This document shows positions 23,343-38,300 of a stretch of DNA of 64,000 bases, piece by piece (the first letter of the stretch is position 1; each line of letters starts with the position of its first letter). The DNA lies in NCBI RefSeq assembly GCF_006345805.1, contig NC_043010.1, positions 59,644,001-59,708,000 on the forward strand. The letters run 5' to 3'. The stretch comes from Octopus sinensis (taxonomy: Eukaryota). Made by a program: the position numbers and the translations under genes. The notes under the pieces are model-generated. The model was not told the origin of the DNA, made no database searches, and worked only from the letters and a program-made list of their open reading frames with translations.

Positions 23343-24231
23343 TATGTTCCTATTAATTAGTCAAATAAATCTCGTCTCACTAGCGTATCATTTTCATATT
23401 AGCTTTTCTCTTGTTAAATCGCAACAAATGTGAGAAACTGAAAGAAGAGCAATGCAACTGCTGGTTCTCGTTGACTCACCACCAAAACTATTCTATTCAA
23501 CATGAAGCCATTGCTCCACCAAAGTGGCAGTGACGCAGGCAAAACCCTTTACCAGCCGAATATTGTGATTACTACATCAATCTAACCACTTACTCTCAGA
23601 CTAGAGGCCAAGTGTTGGGAAAGTGCTCCTGATGCACAGTGTACTGTGCCACTGGATTGGAAGGCAAAATTCCATGTGTAGAGTCTGGATGTAAACTTAA
23701 GATGATGAGTTTGTGTTAGTGGATTGATAACTGAAAGCATCAGCCAGGGATCCGATTAATGGAACATACCTGGTTCCATATTGTGGTCAGCATCAGGTGT
23801 TTCAGCAATCTACCTTTGGCAGGTATGAGGAAAGTCACTGGAAAATACCTTGTGGTATGACATTATGCATAAGTGTATGAATTCAACAAAAACTCTGGGT
23901 GGTGTCAGCTAGTATCCCTGGCCTAGCAAAAGCTTGGTAGGTGGGTTATGTATCCCTGGGGACATACATTTGGACAGCATTCAAGCAGTGTATGTAGCCA
24001 TGTTACTAAATATGTATATATCTATTCTGTTTGAGAATATAATAGGTTTGAAGAGTAGGTATGTAGAGTACATATGAGGCAGGCTGTAGGAAACTCTCCA
24101 AATCATGGTTAAGATCTAACTCCTTAGCAAAAATGGACTTGAGTGCTTGAGTAGAGCATAATTCAAAAGATAGTCTTCTTTCCTTGAGTTCCTTTGTATG
24201 CTTTGCACTTAGGTAGGTTGTGAGAGATAGC

Positions 24232-24265
<34 letters not shown>

Positions 24266-24434
24266 TTGTAAATATAGATTTATCCCCGAATTCATGTACA
24301 GTTGTATGTTTTTGTTATAGTCAATATCATATAAAGTAACAGATGCTTCAAGTTTTTTCGCTGATATTTTCTGATTCAAATATCTCATTATTTTCCTAAG
24401 TCATCTAAAGATACAGAAATAATTAAATTCTCAA

Positions 24435-24800
24435 AAGTTGCTGACCTTCAACAAAACACTGTGGAGTGCTACTCACATACATGGGATGGACCAATTCCTC
24501 CACACACAAATATTTTAGACAGCAATCAAAAGTAAGAAAGAAAAACAAAAAACTGCTCAGCTGACTAAGAAACAGCCACTGCTGATTTATAGCTATGTTC
24601 TTCTGTCTCTGATGACTCCTATGCTTCTGTTGCACCTTCTTCTCCTCTGAATGATCAAATTAACTACCTCTTCTACCCAAGACCACTTAGCACACCAATG
24701 TCTCCTTTTCTTAAACCTTCCATGATGCTCAGTTTAACACCACCATCTGGTTCTTCATTAATTTTCACTGTGTTCATTCTGTAGCAAGATTTTGGACAAA
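24435..24800 (+). mobile_element. Highly decayed non-LTR (CR1/L2-like) 3' fragment; copy at ~44640-44990
   Basis: Translation VECYSHTWDGPIPPHTNILDSNQK resembles the post-RT region of CR1-group LINEs. Weak evidence. Confidence 0.4.
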
Positions 24801-25126
24801 ACCTGTGACACACTAGATTTGTTTAGACATGTTTTCTTTTCCATTAGTCCACTGATCTAGAATTGCTTTCCCTGCAGTAACCTATAATGAATAATTGACT
24901 ATTTTTTTTATTGTGAATTGGTTATAAAAATCCAATCCATTTCATATATAAAATTGTATTGGCTTTTGTATTTTTTAAGGGTTTCTTATAATATAAAAAG
25001 GTAATTTCATGAGAAAAGACAAGGCTTACTTTACCAGACTTTATTAACAGATTAAATTTTTTCTGTTTCAGATTGATATTTGAAGTCATCTCTCCACTGG
25101 ATATTATATTAATACCAAGACCAGAC

Positions 25127-28100
25127 ATGTTGTTGTATCTGTGTGTTTTGCTGACTTTCTTCCACTGTTATGCAAGTGAAGATATCACATACCATGTTAA
25201 AGAAGAGAATATTCCTCATACCTATGTAGGGGACATTGCTACTGACTTACAGAAATCAGACAGCTCCTTCTTAAAGAATAAGGATTTAATTACATTTAGT
25301 CAACTGCAACAAAAGGGAGAACAGTTGTTCAATGTGACGAGAACAGGTAAACTGTACACTGTTGAGACATTGGATGCTGAGTCTGTGTGTAGTTATGAGA
25401 AAGAATGTTTTGAAATCGTTAAAGTTGCTGTTCACAAATCCAAGACATTTATGAAGATCTTAAAGATTAAAGTCATAATAGAAGACATCAATGACCACCA
25501 ACCTGAATTTCCTGAGAAAGAAATTACTATACTTTTCAGAGAAGGTGATGGTAAAGGTATGAAGAAGGCTATACCTAATGCTGTTGATAAAGATGTTGGA
25601 TATCAAAACAGATTAATTAGATATAAATTAGAAGATGGTTTTGATCATTTTTCTTTATCTCAATCAAAGTTAGCTGATGAAATATCGACATTAGGAATAA
25701 TTTTAGAAGAGAAATTAGACAGAGAACAGAAGGACAGTTACAATATTGAGGTCATTGCTAAAGATGGGGGAACTCCACCAAAAGAATCTATTTTAAAGGT
25801 TAAAATATCTGTGGAAGATGAAAATGATAATGCACCACAATTTTCCCAAAGTATCTACAATGTCTCTATTGAACATAAACATAAAAAGAATATTCCAGTA
25901 GTCACATTATCTGCCAGTGATTTAGATATTGGCAGGAATGGTAAAATATCTTTCTATTTAAGTCAGAAAACTGATGTGAAGATGAGAAAATATTTTCACT
26001 TGAATGAAAATACAGGAGTGTTATATTTAGCTAAATCAATAGAGTTTGGAAAAGAAGAGAATTTTAAATTATATGTGGAAGCCAGGGATAATGGTATTTC
26101 CCCTCTCAGTTCTCTGGCAATCATTCAAATAAATGTCATCAATGAACACAACAATCCTCCAAATATTGATGTGAACTTTATTTCTACACAGAATCACAAC
26201 ACAGCTACCATTCTGGAAGACATCAAAGTTGGTAGTTTCATTGCTTATGTGATGGTCACTGACAATGATGTTGGACACAATGGAGAGGTGAACTGTCATA
26301 TCAAAGATGACACATTCAAACTACAGTCAATGGGATCGAAGGAATATAAAATAGTTCTAAAGAAAGCAGTAGACAGAGAGACACAGGAACATTATCACTT
26401 TACTGTGTCGTGTGAAGATAAAGGATTACCTGCTCTGAAAACTGATAAAGATCTGTCAATCCAAGTGTTGGATGTGAATGATGTAGAACCACACTTTACG
26501 AAAGACACATTCAAGTTCCTTACCTATGAGAATGACAAAGCTAATTTCCCTATTGGCTTTATCAATGCTACAGACCCAGATATTGGTAAGGGAGGTGAAT
26601 TGTCTTATTCTCTGAGAAATAAACAGCAATATCGTCTGCCATTCCAGATTATCAACTCTGGCTTTATTTCAACAAACCAGTCTTTAGACAGAGAACACAG
26701 AGATTTCTATGAGTTTGAGGTTTTTGTGAAAGACAATGGAAGCCCATCTCTGAATAACACAGTGAATGTTGAAGTGGAAGTATTGGATAGAAATGATAAT
26801 GCTCCATATTTTACATTTCCTAGTGTTGACCATTTCACTCTTAATGTCCACTATCATCCGCAAAGTAAGAACGACATCACAGTTCTGAAAGCATCTGATA
26901 TAGACAGTCACATGAATGCTTTTCTCAGGTACGAAATCGTTTCAGGTAATGAGAGACAGTTATTCAAACTGGACTCTTTCACTGGTGTGTTATCTTACTC
27001 TCGCACAGTTTACCAAAATGATGCCGGCTCATATGAGCTTGAGTTTGTTGTGAAAGACAGTGGTACTCCAGTTCTGTCAGCAACAACTAGTGTGTCTTTG
27101 ACACTGACTGTTAGTAACAAGACGTCACCAATGTTCACAGCTGTGCACCTACCAAGTGATAACACAATAGATGCGACATTGTTGATTATCATTGTAGTAG
27201 CAGCTGTGATTGTATCTATAGCTATTGTGGTTTCTATAACCCTGTGTATTGTGAGATGTAACAATGTGAGAAATAGCTCATCTGAAAGAACAGCAGAAGA
27301 GAAACAGGCATACCAATGTCGCAATGAGATGAGACAGTTGATCTATCAAGGTAACAACAGTGTACCTGTGATGTCAGGTAATCGAGGAGAGATGTCAGAC
27401 AGATATGGTCATTCGAGGAGCCATTACTATCCTGAAGATTGGAAGACATCGACAATGAGCAGATCTCTTCAAAAGTCCACAAAGGTAAGCCTTACTTCAG
27501 TTTACAAATTGTTAGTAAATAATGTGTAATTTGACAATTATTTTCGTGATTAGTTTCACAGAAAGGTAAGCTTTCCTTTAATTAATGATCTGTTAGTAAA
27601 TAATGTGTAATTAACTCTGATTTAGCTCAGTGTTTTATACTTGACAATTATTCAGTGTTTTATATTTGACATTACGGTTCACTTGTCCAATTATATATTA
27701 TCGTTTTGCTTCATAATGTCCAAAATATATCTTATGTATGGTTAAGAAAATACCATTCCTGATATGGTGTTGAATACTTATTTATTTAATTTTTTTTACT
27801 GTGATTACTGTTGTCCATTTGTTGTAAGATATTTTATAGCAAATGAAAATCTGAGAAGACATTTACCTGGAAATAAGACATCTTTTTATGCATTACAGTC
27901 TGGCATTCTTAATATTTGTCAATAGGATTACATCTGATTTTGTGGAAACTTCCTACTTACAATAATTCAGATATCTTTGTAGATATCTAAGAGAGACTGT
28001 GGAATCAGTTATTGTTAACAATTGTTTCTGACTTTAGCTAACTTATACTGTACATAATTCTTGTAGGAAATGAGGAAACATAATGAGGTAAAAAGTGATG

Positions 28101-29716
28101 TTTTATTGTTTTGTCAGTGGATGAATGGCAGTACTTATGCATTTTCCCAGTGAAGGATTAACAAATCTTAACAACAGATTTAAAAAATTTGACAGATTGA
28201 ATACTTTAATAGCACCAAAAACCTGTTGTTATTACATATTTCACTGTCAAGCATAAATGTTATCTGTACAATGTCTTGTTACTATTGCATTTTACAGCAG
28301 AAATACAGTCAACCCATTGAGGTGACATCTTATGGAGACAACAGACCATCTTCTCACTATCCCACTGACACATTGACCAGTCGTAAGAGCAGTGGACAGT
28401 GCTGGAGTGAGCGGTCAAGCAGACAGTATGAAGAAATACCAGCAATGTCAGGTAAAACAATTTAATTCATTCATGTTTTGTTATTAATTTCATTAACATA
28501 ATTTAATTTTCACTATGTCTAATTTCAGCAACTCAGAAATAATCTTCTTTCAATATTTCTTTATCCATTACTGTTATGATTGCTGTTACCTTATTTTTCT
28601 ATTCTGGATGTAGTATTTCATAATGTCTACTTCATTAAAAGTATGCATCATATTGAGACGTATTGCAATGCAGATTATCTAGAAATCATCTCTGGGATAG
28701 AAAATGCCTCAGGGACTTTTGTGTTGTGATCTACAGCACAATTCAGACATTTGTCATTGGACATAGGTTTGTCAGTATAATAGAATTTGTTTTTATGTAA
28801 GAAGGTGAACATTCTAGTCTGTACATATTTAGATAATTTTCAAAATCTTTTATCATGAATATTTCAACTATTATTAAAAACATAAATCCTCTTATTTATG
28901 TGTTTAACATTTATGGATTGCATCTTTACAGTAACGTGATGGGTTTCATCATCATCATATCATCATCATTTAATGTCCGTTTTCCATGCTGGCATGGGTT
29001 GGATGACTTGACAGGAACTAGTAAAGCCAGGGCCTGTACCAGATTCCAGTCTGTTTTGGTTTGGGTGCTATGGCTTGATGCCCTTCTTAATGCCAACCAC
29101 TCTACAGAGTGTACTGGATGCTTTTTATATGGCACTTGCGTGGCAACTTGATTTTAGGACTTCAGTTCTGTTGTGGTGGGCAGGTCTTCGCAAGTACAGC
29201 AATGCACCACATATGTTGGTCCTTAAATGGGAACTGTCTAATTTCCTACTTAGAACATTATCACATACCCTACTATTGCTTTGTTAGAGATGCACCAAAG
29301 AATCCATTGAAATACAATGTTTAGAATCTACACTTAAACTATATTGGATTCGGCTGAATTTTGGCAACATAAAATATCATTGACTGAACTGACTTAATCC
29401 AACATATAACCATTGTATATTTTTGAATACGATTCCTAAAGATTTTAGGGATGGTTGAAGGTATCTTTAATTATTGTTAGTTTATATGTTAGACCTGTGA
29501 AGTTAGCAGGCAAGGCATTGATTACTAATATCAGTAAATAACTATTGGCTATATGAACTATGTAATAAGTATATTATATATGTGTGTGTTTCAGGAATCT
29601 ATGGTGGTGCCCCACCTGATGTATCAAGCACCAGTGAGAGAGACCATTACCAAGACAGATATGTGAAACCTCCAGAGAGACAGTTACCTTCAACACCAGA
29701 TGTTGTTGTCAGTTAA
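25127..29716 (+). CDS. Pcdh: Protocadherin G3: join(25127..27484, 28298..28451, 29595..29716), ~877 aa
   Basis: Same architecture. Large exon starts at 25072, so the TTG start at 25073 in the track is not the initiator; leader donor at 20925. Confidence 0.92.
28947..29140 (-). mobile_element. (GAT)n-tailed SINE-like repeat; duplicate at ~49158-49355
   Basis: Same family. Present in intron 3 of G3 and G5 but not G1. Confidence 0.65.
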
Positions 29717-30251
29717 GTGAGACTGAGAAAGGAACACAACAGAAATAATATCACCTTCAACATTCACACAACATTTAAAAGCAACAGAAATATTTTAGTT
29801 TGGTTATGATATTGCCCACATAGGACTGAATATCATCATATTTGTCACAATGTATTATATATGACACTCTCTCCCCCCCTCTCTCTCTGTATATACATAC
29901 ATATATGTATATATATCTTGGGGATATTTCCTCAGATGAAGAGAATCAAAACCTTTAGACATAAATGATTTCAATCAAATTGTGATAAAGAAATTAGGTA
30001 AAAATTAGTCAAGTCATATATTTTAGGTACTTAAAATTATACATTCCATTTGGAAAATACAATATAATATTTAGAATGTTTACTAATTTATGATATGAAT
30101 ATTTAATTTTTTATATAAATTATGCAGAAAATGTTAATATATGAGAATATATATTTCACATGGCTAAGAAATAAACATTTCGTTGTTTATGCTCATATAA
30201 AAGATTTAGTTTAGAATTAGGTCAGACACACACACACTAACTGTTATTGTC

Positions 30252-30764
30252 AATATTGTATTTACATTTTAAATTACACACACATTAACAACATCAGCCA
30301 TATTTTGTTAATATAACCTCTCTGTTCTAAGGATTTCTATGTCAGTCTCTCTCCACATCAGACATGTTGGTGTTATATAGACTTATCATGGCTGACTGTT
30401 AGTGGAGCTGATGGGATGTCTTCTCTCTCTGTATATGTATATTTCTCTCCTTTTTCTTTGTGGAGGGGAAACACAACATCTAGTCTGAGTGAGGCTGGAG
30501 TAAGCATCACCCATCCTCCTCTCTCCCTTTCTCTCTCATACACAATTATTCAACCACACTCACACACACACACATTATACACCACACATCCACAAAGGAA
30601 GACTGAGAGGGAACTGCTGGTTCCCACTGACTCACCACCAACACTATTCCATCAACATGAAGCCATTGTCACACCATAGCAGCAGTGACACAGACAACCA
30701 TTAACAACAGAACATTGGGACCAAGTCACAGTTTATACAACAAAGGATTTTATACACAATGAAG
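30252..30764 (+). promoter_or_regulatory. Conserved promoter/leader module of G4
   Basis: Same blocks A and B; donor after 30764. Confidence 0.7.
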
Positions 30765-33700
30765 GTAAGTTTATTGTTCAATATTATTTATCCATTTATG
30801 TGAAAGAATAATTTTGCTTATCACAAGAATATAATATCAAAATTCAAAATATAATATTCAAATGGTGGCCATATTAAATTTTTGTTAGTTCTCATTTAAT
30901 GGCTTTCAAAGATTTTCTTCAGAGAAACAGTTAATTTAAAAATACATTTTTAAACTTGTATACTCATAATATTCACAAACATAAGTCCTTCATCATTACA
31001 TTTGCATATTATTTTATATTATTTATTAGTTATTGACATTGTGCATTCCCATTCAGTGACTCAACGAGATATTGTTTAGTCTCTGTAATTATAAATTATT
31101 ATACATAATGATCATTTAACTACATTTAATACTATAAAAGATTTCTCTATTGAATTAACAATGTTACCAAATAGCAAGAAAATTATTAATAATTCTCTCT
31201 CCTTCACATATAAGTGTCTGTCTGTGTTTCAACTTGACTGTGTGTCCTTATTCCTGTCTATGTTTGTAGTGAGGAGACCATTTTCTCATAAAAACGTATC
31301 TTGTTAAATTCATTTGATAGAATATTGTTTTTTTGGAAGGTTACTTAATAAGTATGTTCTATCTTGGAGGGGAAAATAAGTATTTTTGTTAACATATTTA
31401 TTTCTATGATTTAAAACATTTGAACCTATTAATATTGATTGTTTATTGCAGCAGTTATAATTCCTTTAAATTAATTATCCACTCACTGGTAATTTATTTT
31501 CTTCGTAAGGTATATTCATGTCACTCAACTGTTACTCTAAGTCTGTCATATATTGTTGTAGCCATATAACAATTAGAAAATTAAATGTTCTTTATATGTA
31601 TAACAGAGTTTTCATTTAAAAATAAGGAATATAATTACTTGGTATGTCTTATTTATTAATTATCTCACACAAGTTTATTTACAAAAATTTCTCTGTGTAA
31701 TTGTTTCATTTTTCCTACATCATATCTTGTCATATCAATGGCCAGAGGTAAATCTCTTAATAACATATTGCCATCAAAGATGTCCTGTGAACACTAACAG
31801 CTAATTTGTATGTTGTCTAGACATGCAGTTGAATCAAGTAATGAAGTATTTCTTTGTAATTAACTTTTCCATATATACATATGTATATAGGTATGTACAT
31901 ACACACTCACACACACACTCACACACACAATGGTAGAGAGATTATCAGTATTTAATGTGGACTGTAACATTACAGTATATTCCATTTTTAACTTTAATTC
32001 AAAATGCAAAAGCCATAACAGAATTTCTCTTACACATTATCATGTAATTCTTTTTCATTACTAAAAGGTTGTTATTTTCTCTATCTTTCCAATATGATGG
32101 AAAATGTTAAAATTTCTAAAAAGCGTTAGTTTTATTACATTTCAAGGGAAGTAACTCAAAATTTGTCCCTTTCCAATCATGAAATTGTAGAACTGTTTTT
32201 TTATTCTGCAACTGACAGAAATCATGTCTCCCTTTTTCTGTTTTGTTTTCTCTGTCTCTATCTATCTTCTTATGTTTCCCTCTTCATCATTCAGTTCATT
32301 CCTCCACCATCTTCTGAGATCATATTTCATTATATATACCCAAGAATTCTCAGTATAAGTAAGTTATGTACAGAGATGGAGTCAGCAAGCTGGGAATTGG
32401 CCATAACTAAAACACTGTATGAAGCATGTAAATAGGGTCCATCAGGGTTTAGTTCTCAATACCCTCTTGTTTGTTACACTTCTGCAAGTCACAACAGAGG
32501 ATCTTAAGACCACCTTGCCATGCCAACTATTGTCTGTGTGTCAACAACATCTTTCTTGTAGCTGAATCTGTTAAATGTTTTGGGAAGAAATGTTTTGCAT
32601 GGAAGCAAAGCCTCGAAACATGAGGTTTGAACCTAAAGCTAGCGAATGCAAAAGTTTTAGTTAGCAAAGTAGAAGATGGGTCTGTACATAGAGGTGGCCA
32701 TGCATGATATGCATAAATTGAGTTTGTAGGAAGTTGATAGAGTAAGCTATGTTTTTGCAAGAGGTGCAGTAGGATCAGATGTGAGATGGCAGAGATGAAA
32801 GAGTTTGTATGTCGTGGATGCCCAGCTAAAATTTTGAGTAGGAACACCTGTATATAAGGAATTGATTTTAATGCAAAAAATTGATCTCCAGAAGTTATTG
32901 ATGACTTTTGTTGTGAAGGTACCCTAATTAACTGTAGAAGCAAGTGTTCCAAAAGCATAACTACCAGAGTAAGAATTTGAGTGAAAAATGTTTCAGAAGT
33001 TATTACTTCTGTTGACAACAATGGGATTCTCTTGCCAAGTGAGAGACAAGTTGTTTGATGCAGATGTATAAAGTGTTGCATAGTAACGAAGCACAGGCGT
33101 TGAATGTAGAGGATGTGTTAAAGAAGTTTTATGTGTTTCTTTGCTGTGTGTGTAATGTTAGTCTACATGAATGACTGCACAGAGAAGCTGAGAGTAAAAC
33201 TGGATATAAGAGGGATCAGGCTTGTGACGAAACAACTACTGATTTTGCTATGTGTTATGCATTGTATTGTATTGTCATCGTAGACATGGTGTGTGACTGA
33301 TCATTTCAAGTTGGAGAAACGACTGCTAACTGTGTGTATGTATATGTATGCATTAAGTTATATGTAACTTAGTGTTCCCTGTTGATCCATTATAGTTGGG
33401 CATGTAGATGCACTTGGAACACCTAGTGCAGGGCTCCAAAAGACCATAATGCTGAAATATAAACTTGCGATTATCCTTATTTCTCTTACATTTGCTGTGT
33501 AGCTCATAGCTTGTTATTCCTCTCAGCATAGCAGTTACTTAACTATACAAAAAGCAGACTGGGTTCTGAAAATCTATGTGCAGCTCTAAACCTAACAGTA
33601 GCCGTCATGTATTTGTGTACACAATTTCTTATATATACACACATATATATGCATACACACACACACACACATGCACACTCATGCACATAGACTTCTACCT

Positions 33701-35392
33701 TCCCTAGTTTCTTATACAATCCATATCTCCAGTTATGTGTGCTCTCGTCATTTCTGGCATCATTATTGAAAATATGGAAGACCTTTTTGAGTTATCTGAC
33801 CACTAAATAGTCTTTCAACTATTATTCATCCATCTTATATGACCACTATTCCTAGGATTAGAGTCCTCAGGCACCATCTATATAGGATCCTATCAGAAGC
33901 AAGTTTCTTTAGACCTTCTGGTCGGATTTTCAAGTGCGAGCAACTGAGACTGGTTATTATCGAATCATGGTCTGTCCTTGTCACCTGCTGACTGGTTCAC
34001 ATCGAAGGATTCATCATGCAATTCTTTCTTGTGACATTCTAATCATGTCTGTAGCACCTGAGCTGTGATCTCTTAATGCACAGAAATAGTGGCCTGACTT
34101 AACGAGACTCCCTGATCTCTGAGCTTGGCACCTTGTGGAGTAATGTTACTTCGGAGACCCTTTGTAGGAATCTCATTTCAACCATTTCTATTCATGATCC
34201 ATACACTTTCACTAATTACCCAACATTTATGACCATAGGTTTGGTTTTTTCACCAACCTATCCTCTTCTGAGGATCGAATGCTGGAGCAGACACATTTCA
34301 ATTCTAGCTTCCACTTCAGCTTTCTTCCACACATGCCATTCAGAACTTGGCTGGGGTTCTTCTCTTGGGAGGTAGAGAGAACACTTTACTGATCTTCTAA
34401 ATCTGGTCATGTGGTGGAGATGTGGGACGTCTAGAGATGAAGACAAACCTCACAGAGGCTGACGTCATAGAGGCAATTAAAGCTCTCAAATGTGGCAAGG
34501 CTGCAGTAGAGGATGAAATTCAATCTGAGATGTTAAAAGCCTTAAATAGAGAAGTTATTCTCTGATTGACTTTCGTATGCTAAGTGGTTTGGATCCCTGG
34601 GAAGACACCAAAGCAGTGGTAGTCTGGAGTGATAATCGTAATGTTTAAAAAGCTCTACTTATAGAGGAATTTCTATGTTGAGCATCTCTAATCAAGTCTC
34701 AACTAAGTATGTGGAAAAGAGTTATAGGGAGAGTGTTAAGCCTAAGTCAGCTGAGGAATGATGTGGGTTGCATCTTGGATGTAGCAGAACTGACAGATAT
34801 TCACTGAATGGTAGGTCTTTGAAAAATCGTATGAGGTGCTTGCTTGCTTTGCATATAACAACTGCATGTCACAGGACATGCTCTCATGAAGTTCCTTTGT
34901 GATTCCTCAGATATTTGTGTTTGGTTAAATGGTTCTGAGTTGGAACCTTTCAGTGTGCATGTTGGACTTCATCCGAGATATTTATTGTATGCTTTTCATA
35001 ATTTTTATGAATTGGATTGATAAGCAAAGCCATTATGCAAGTAATATCACTGTTGGTGGGTGTAGGATTGGTCGGCAGATATTTGCAGATGACATGATAA
35101 TACTTAGCTCCACAGAAGGTGATTTGCATCATGCACTAAATGTCGAGTGTTGCAAAGCAGGGATAAGAATTAGTGTATTGAAGACTGAGCTGTTGGTCCA
35201 CAAGTGTAGACGTTTAAGTATCAACTATTATTTCCACATATAATTACTGAATTAATATATCCTTATAAATTAATGATTTCTAATAAATAATTATGATATC
35301 CAAATTAATACATCTTCTCACTTTTAAAATATTTTTCTATTTCAGATCAACATTTTAATGCCAACAATTTAATAACATCAGAAGCAGAGACG

Positions 35393-38300
35393 ATGTTGTG
35401 TCTGTATATTTTACTGACTTTCTTCCACTGTTCCCTAAGTGAAGATATCACATATCATGTTGAAGAAGAGAATAATCCCTATACCTATGTAGGGGACATT
35501 GCTACTGACTTACAGAAATCAGACGACTCCTTCTTAAAGAATAAGGATTTAATTACATTTAGTCAACTGCAACAAAAGGGAGAACAGTTGTTCAATGTGA
35601 CGAGAACAGGTAAACTGTACACTGTTGAGACATTGGATGCTGAGTCTGTGTGTAGTTATGAGAAAGAATGTTTTGAAATCGTTAAAGTTGCAGTTCACAA
35701 ATCCAAGACATTTATGAAGATCTTAAAAATTAAGGTCATAATAGAAGACATCAATGACCACCAACCTGAGTTTCCTAAGAATGAAATCACACTAATCTTT
35801 GGGGAAGGAGACAGAGATGGAATGAAGAAAACCATTCCTAATGCCATCGACAAAGATAAAGGTTATCAAAACAGCTTAATTAATTATGAATTAAATGGTG
35901 GAGGTAACTATTTTTCATTATTTGTTTCTAAACAAGCTGATGGAATTTCCACTTTAGGAATCATTTTAGAAGATAAATTAGACAGAGAAAAGAAGGACAA
36001 TTACAATATTGAGGTCATTGCTAAAGATGGAGGAACTCCACCAAAACAATCTGTTTTAAATGTTAAAATATCTGTAGAAGATGAAAATGATAATGCACCA
36101 CAATTTTCTCAAAGTATCTACAATGTCTCTATTGAACATAAACATAAAAAGAATATTCCAGTAGTCACATTATCTGCCAGTGATTTAGACATTGGCAGGA
36201 ATGGTAAAATATCTTTCTATTTCAGTCAAAAAACTGATGAAAAAATAAAAGAATACTTTCATTTAGATGAAAGTACTGGGAAGTTATTTCTTGAAAAACC
36301 TATAAATTTTGGTAAGAAAGAATCATTTAAATTATATGTGAAAGCTAAAGATAATGGAATTCCTCCTCTAAGTTCCATTGCAATAATTCAGATAAATGTT
36401 ATCAACCAACTCAACAATCCTCCAAATATTGATGTGAATTTTATTTCTACACAGAATCACAACACAGCCACCATTCTGGAAGACATCAAAGTTGGTAGTT
36501 TCATTGCTTATGTGATGGTCACTGACAATGATATTGGACACAATGGACAGGTGAACTGTCATATCAAAGATGACACATTCAAACTACAGTCAATGGGATC
36601 GAAGGAATATAAAATAGTTCTAAAGAAAGCAGTAGACAGAGAGACACAGGAACATTATCACTTTACTGTGTCGTGTGAAGATAAAGGATTACCTGCTCTG
36701 AAAACTGATAAAGATCTGTCAATCCAAGTGTTGGATGTGAATGATGTAGAACCACACTTTACGAAAGACACATTCAAGTTCCTTACCTATGAGAATGACA
36801 AAGCTAATTTCCCTATTGGCTTTATCAATGCTACAGACCCAGATATTGGTAAGGGAGGTGAATTGTCTTATTCTCTGAGAAATAAACAGCAATATCGTCT
36901 GCCATTCCAGATTATCAACTCTGGCTTTATTTCAACAAACCAGTCTTTAGACAGAGAACACAGAGATTTCTATGAGTTTGAGGTTTTTGTGAAAGACAAT
37001 GGAAGCCCATCTCTGAATAACACAGTGAATGTTGAAGTGGAAGTATTGGATAGAAATGATAATGCTCCATATTTTACATTTCCTAGTGTTGACCCTTTCA
37101 CTCTTAATGTCCACTATCATCCGCAAAGTAAGAACGACATCACAGTTCTGAAAGCATCTGATATAGACAGTCACATGAATGCTTTTCTCAGGTACGAAAT
37201 CGTTTCAGGTAACGAGAGACAGTTATTTAAACTGGATTCGTTCACTGGTGTGTTATCTTACTCTCGTACAGTTTACCAAAATGATGCCGGATCATATGAG
37301 CTTGAGTTTGTTGTGAAAGACAGTGGTACTCCAGTTCTGTCGGCAACAACTAGTGTGTCTTTGACACTGACTGTTAGTAACAAGACGTCACCAATGTTCA
37401 CAGCTGTGCACCTACCAAGTGATAACACAATAGATGCGACATTGTTGATTATCATTGTAGTAGCAGCTGTGATAGTATCTATAGCTATTGTGGTTTCTAT
37501 AACCCTGTGTATTGTGAGATGTAACAATGTGAGAAATAGCTCATCTGAAAGAACTGCAGAAGAGAAACAGGCATACCAATGTCGCAATGAGATGAGACAG
37601 TTGATCTATCAAGGTAACAACAGTGTACCTGTGATGTCAGGTAATCGAGGAGAGATGTCAGATAGATATGGTCATTCAAGGAGCCATTACTATCCTGAAG
37701 ACTGGAAGACATCGACAATGAGCAGATCTCTTCAGAAGTCTACAAAGGTAAGCTTTACTTCTATTGACTGTTTCTTAGTACTTAGTGTTTAATTAAGAGT
37801 TATATGACTGGAAGATATTTGTAGTGAGCAGATGTCTTCAAAAAGCCATAAATAAGGTATGTGTTAAGATTCTCTATTGATAATCTAATATTTTACTGAA
37901 TAATGGGTATTAAACGTGTGATATAAACGTAACTTGTAAATGTTTAACTTTCTCCATATTGATTTTATGCCAATAACATATAATGATGATTGATATCAAT
38001 ATTTTATAAAGCATAGATTTTGTAAAATTTTCAAGGTAATATGTTATATTAAAATTGCAATAAGACATAAAACAATTTGTTTTTTTAACAGCAGAAATAC
38101 AGTCAACCGATTGAGGTGACATCTTATGGAGACAACAGACCATCTTCTCACTATCCCACTGACACATTGACCAGTCGTAAGAGCAGTGGACAGTGCTGGA
38201 GTGAGCGGTCAAGTAGACAGTATGAAGAAATACCTGCAATGTCAGGTAAAAAAAACTTATCCATTCATATCATTATAATAATTCAATTCCCAGATGTGTA

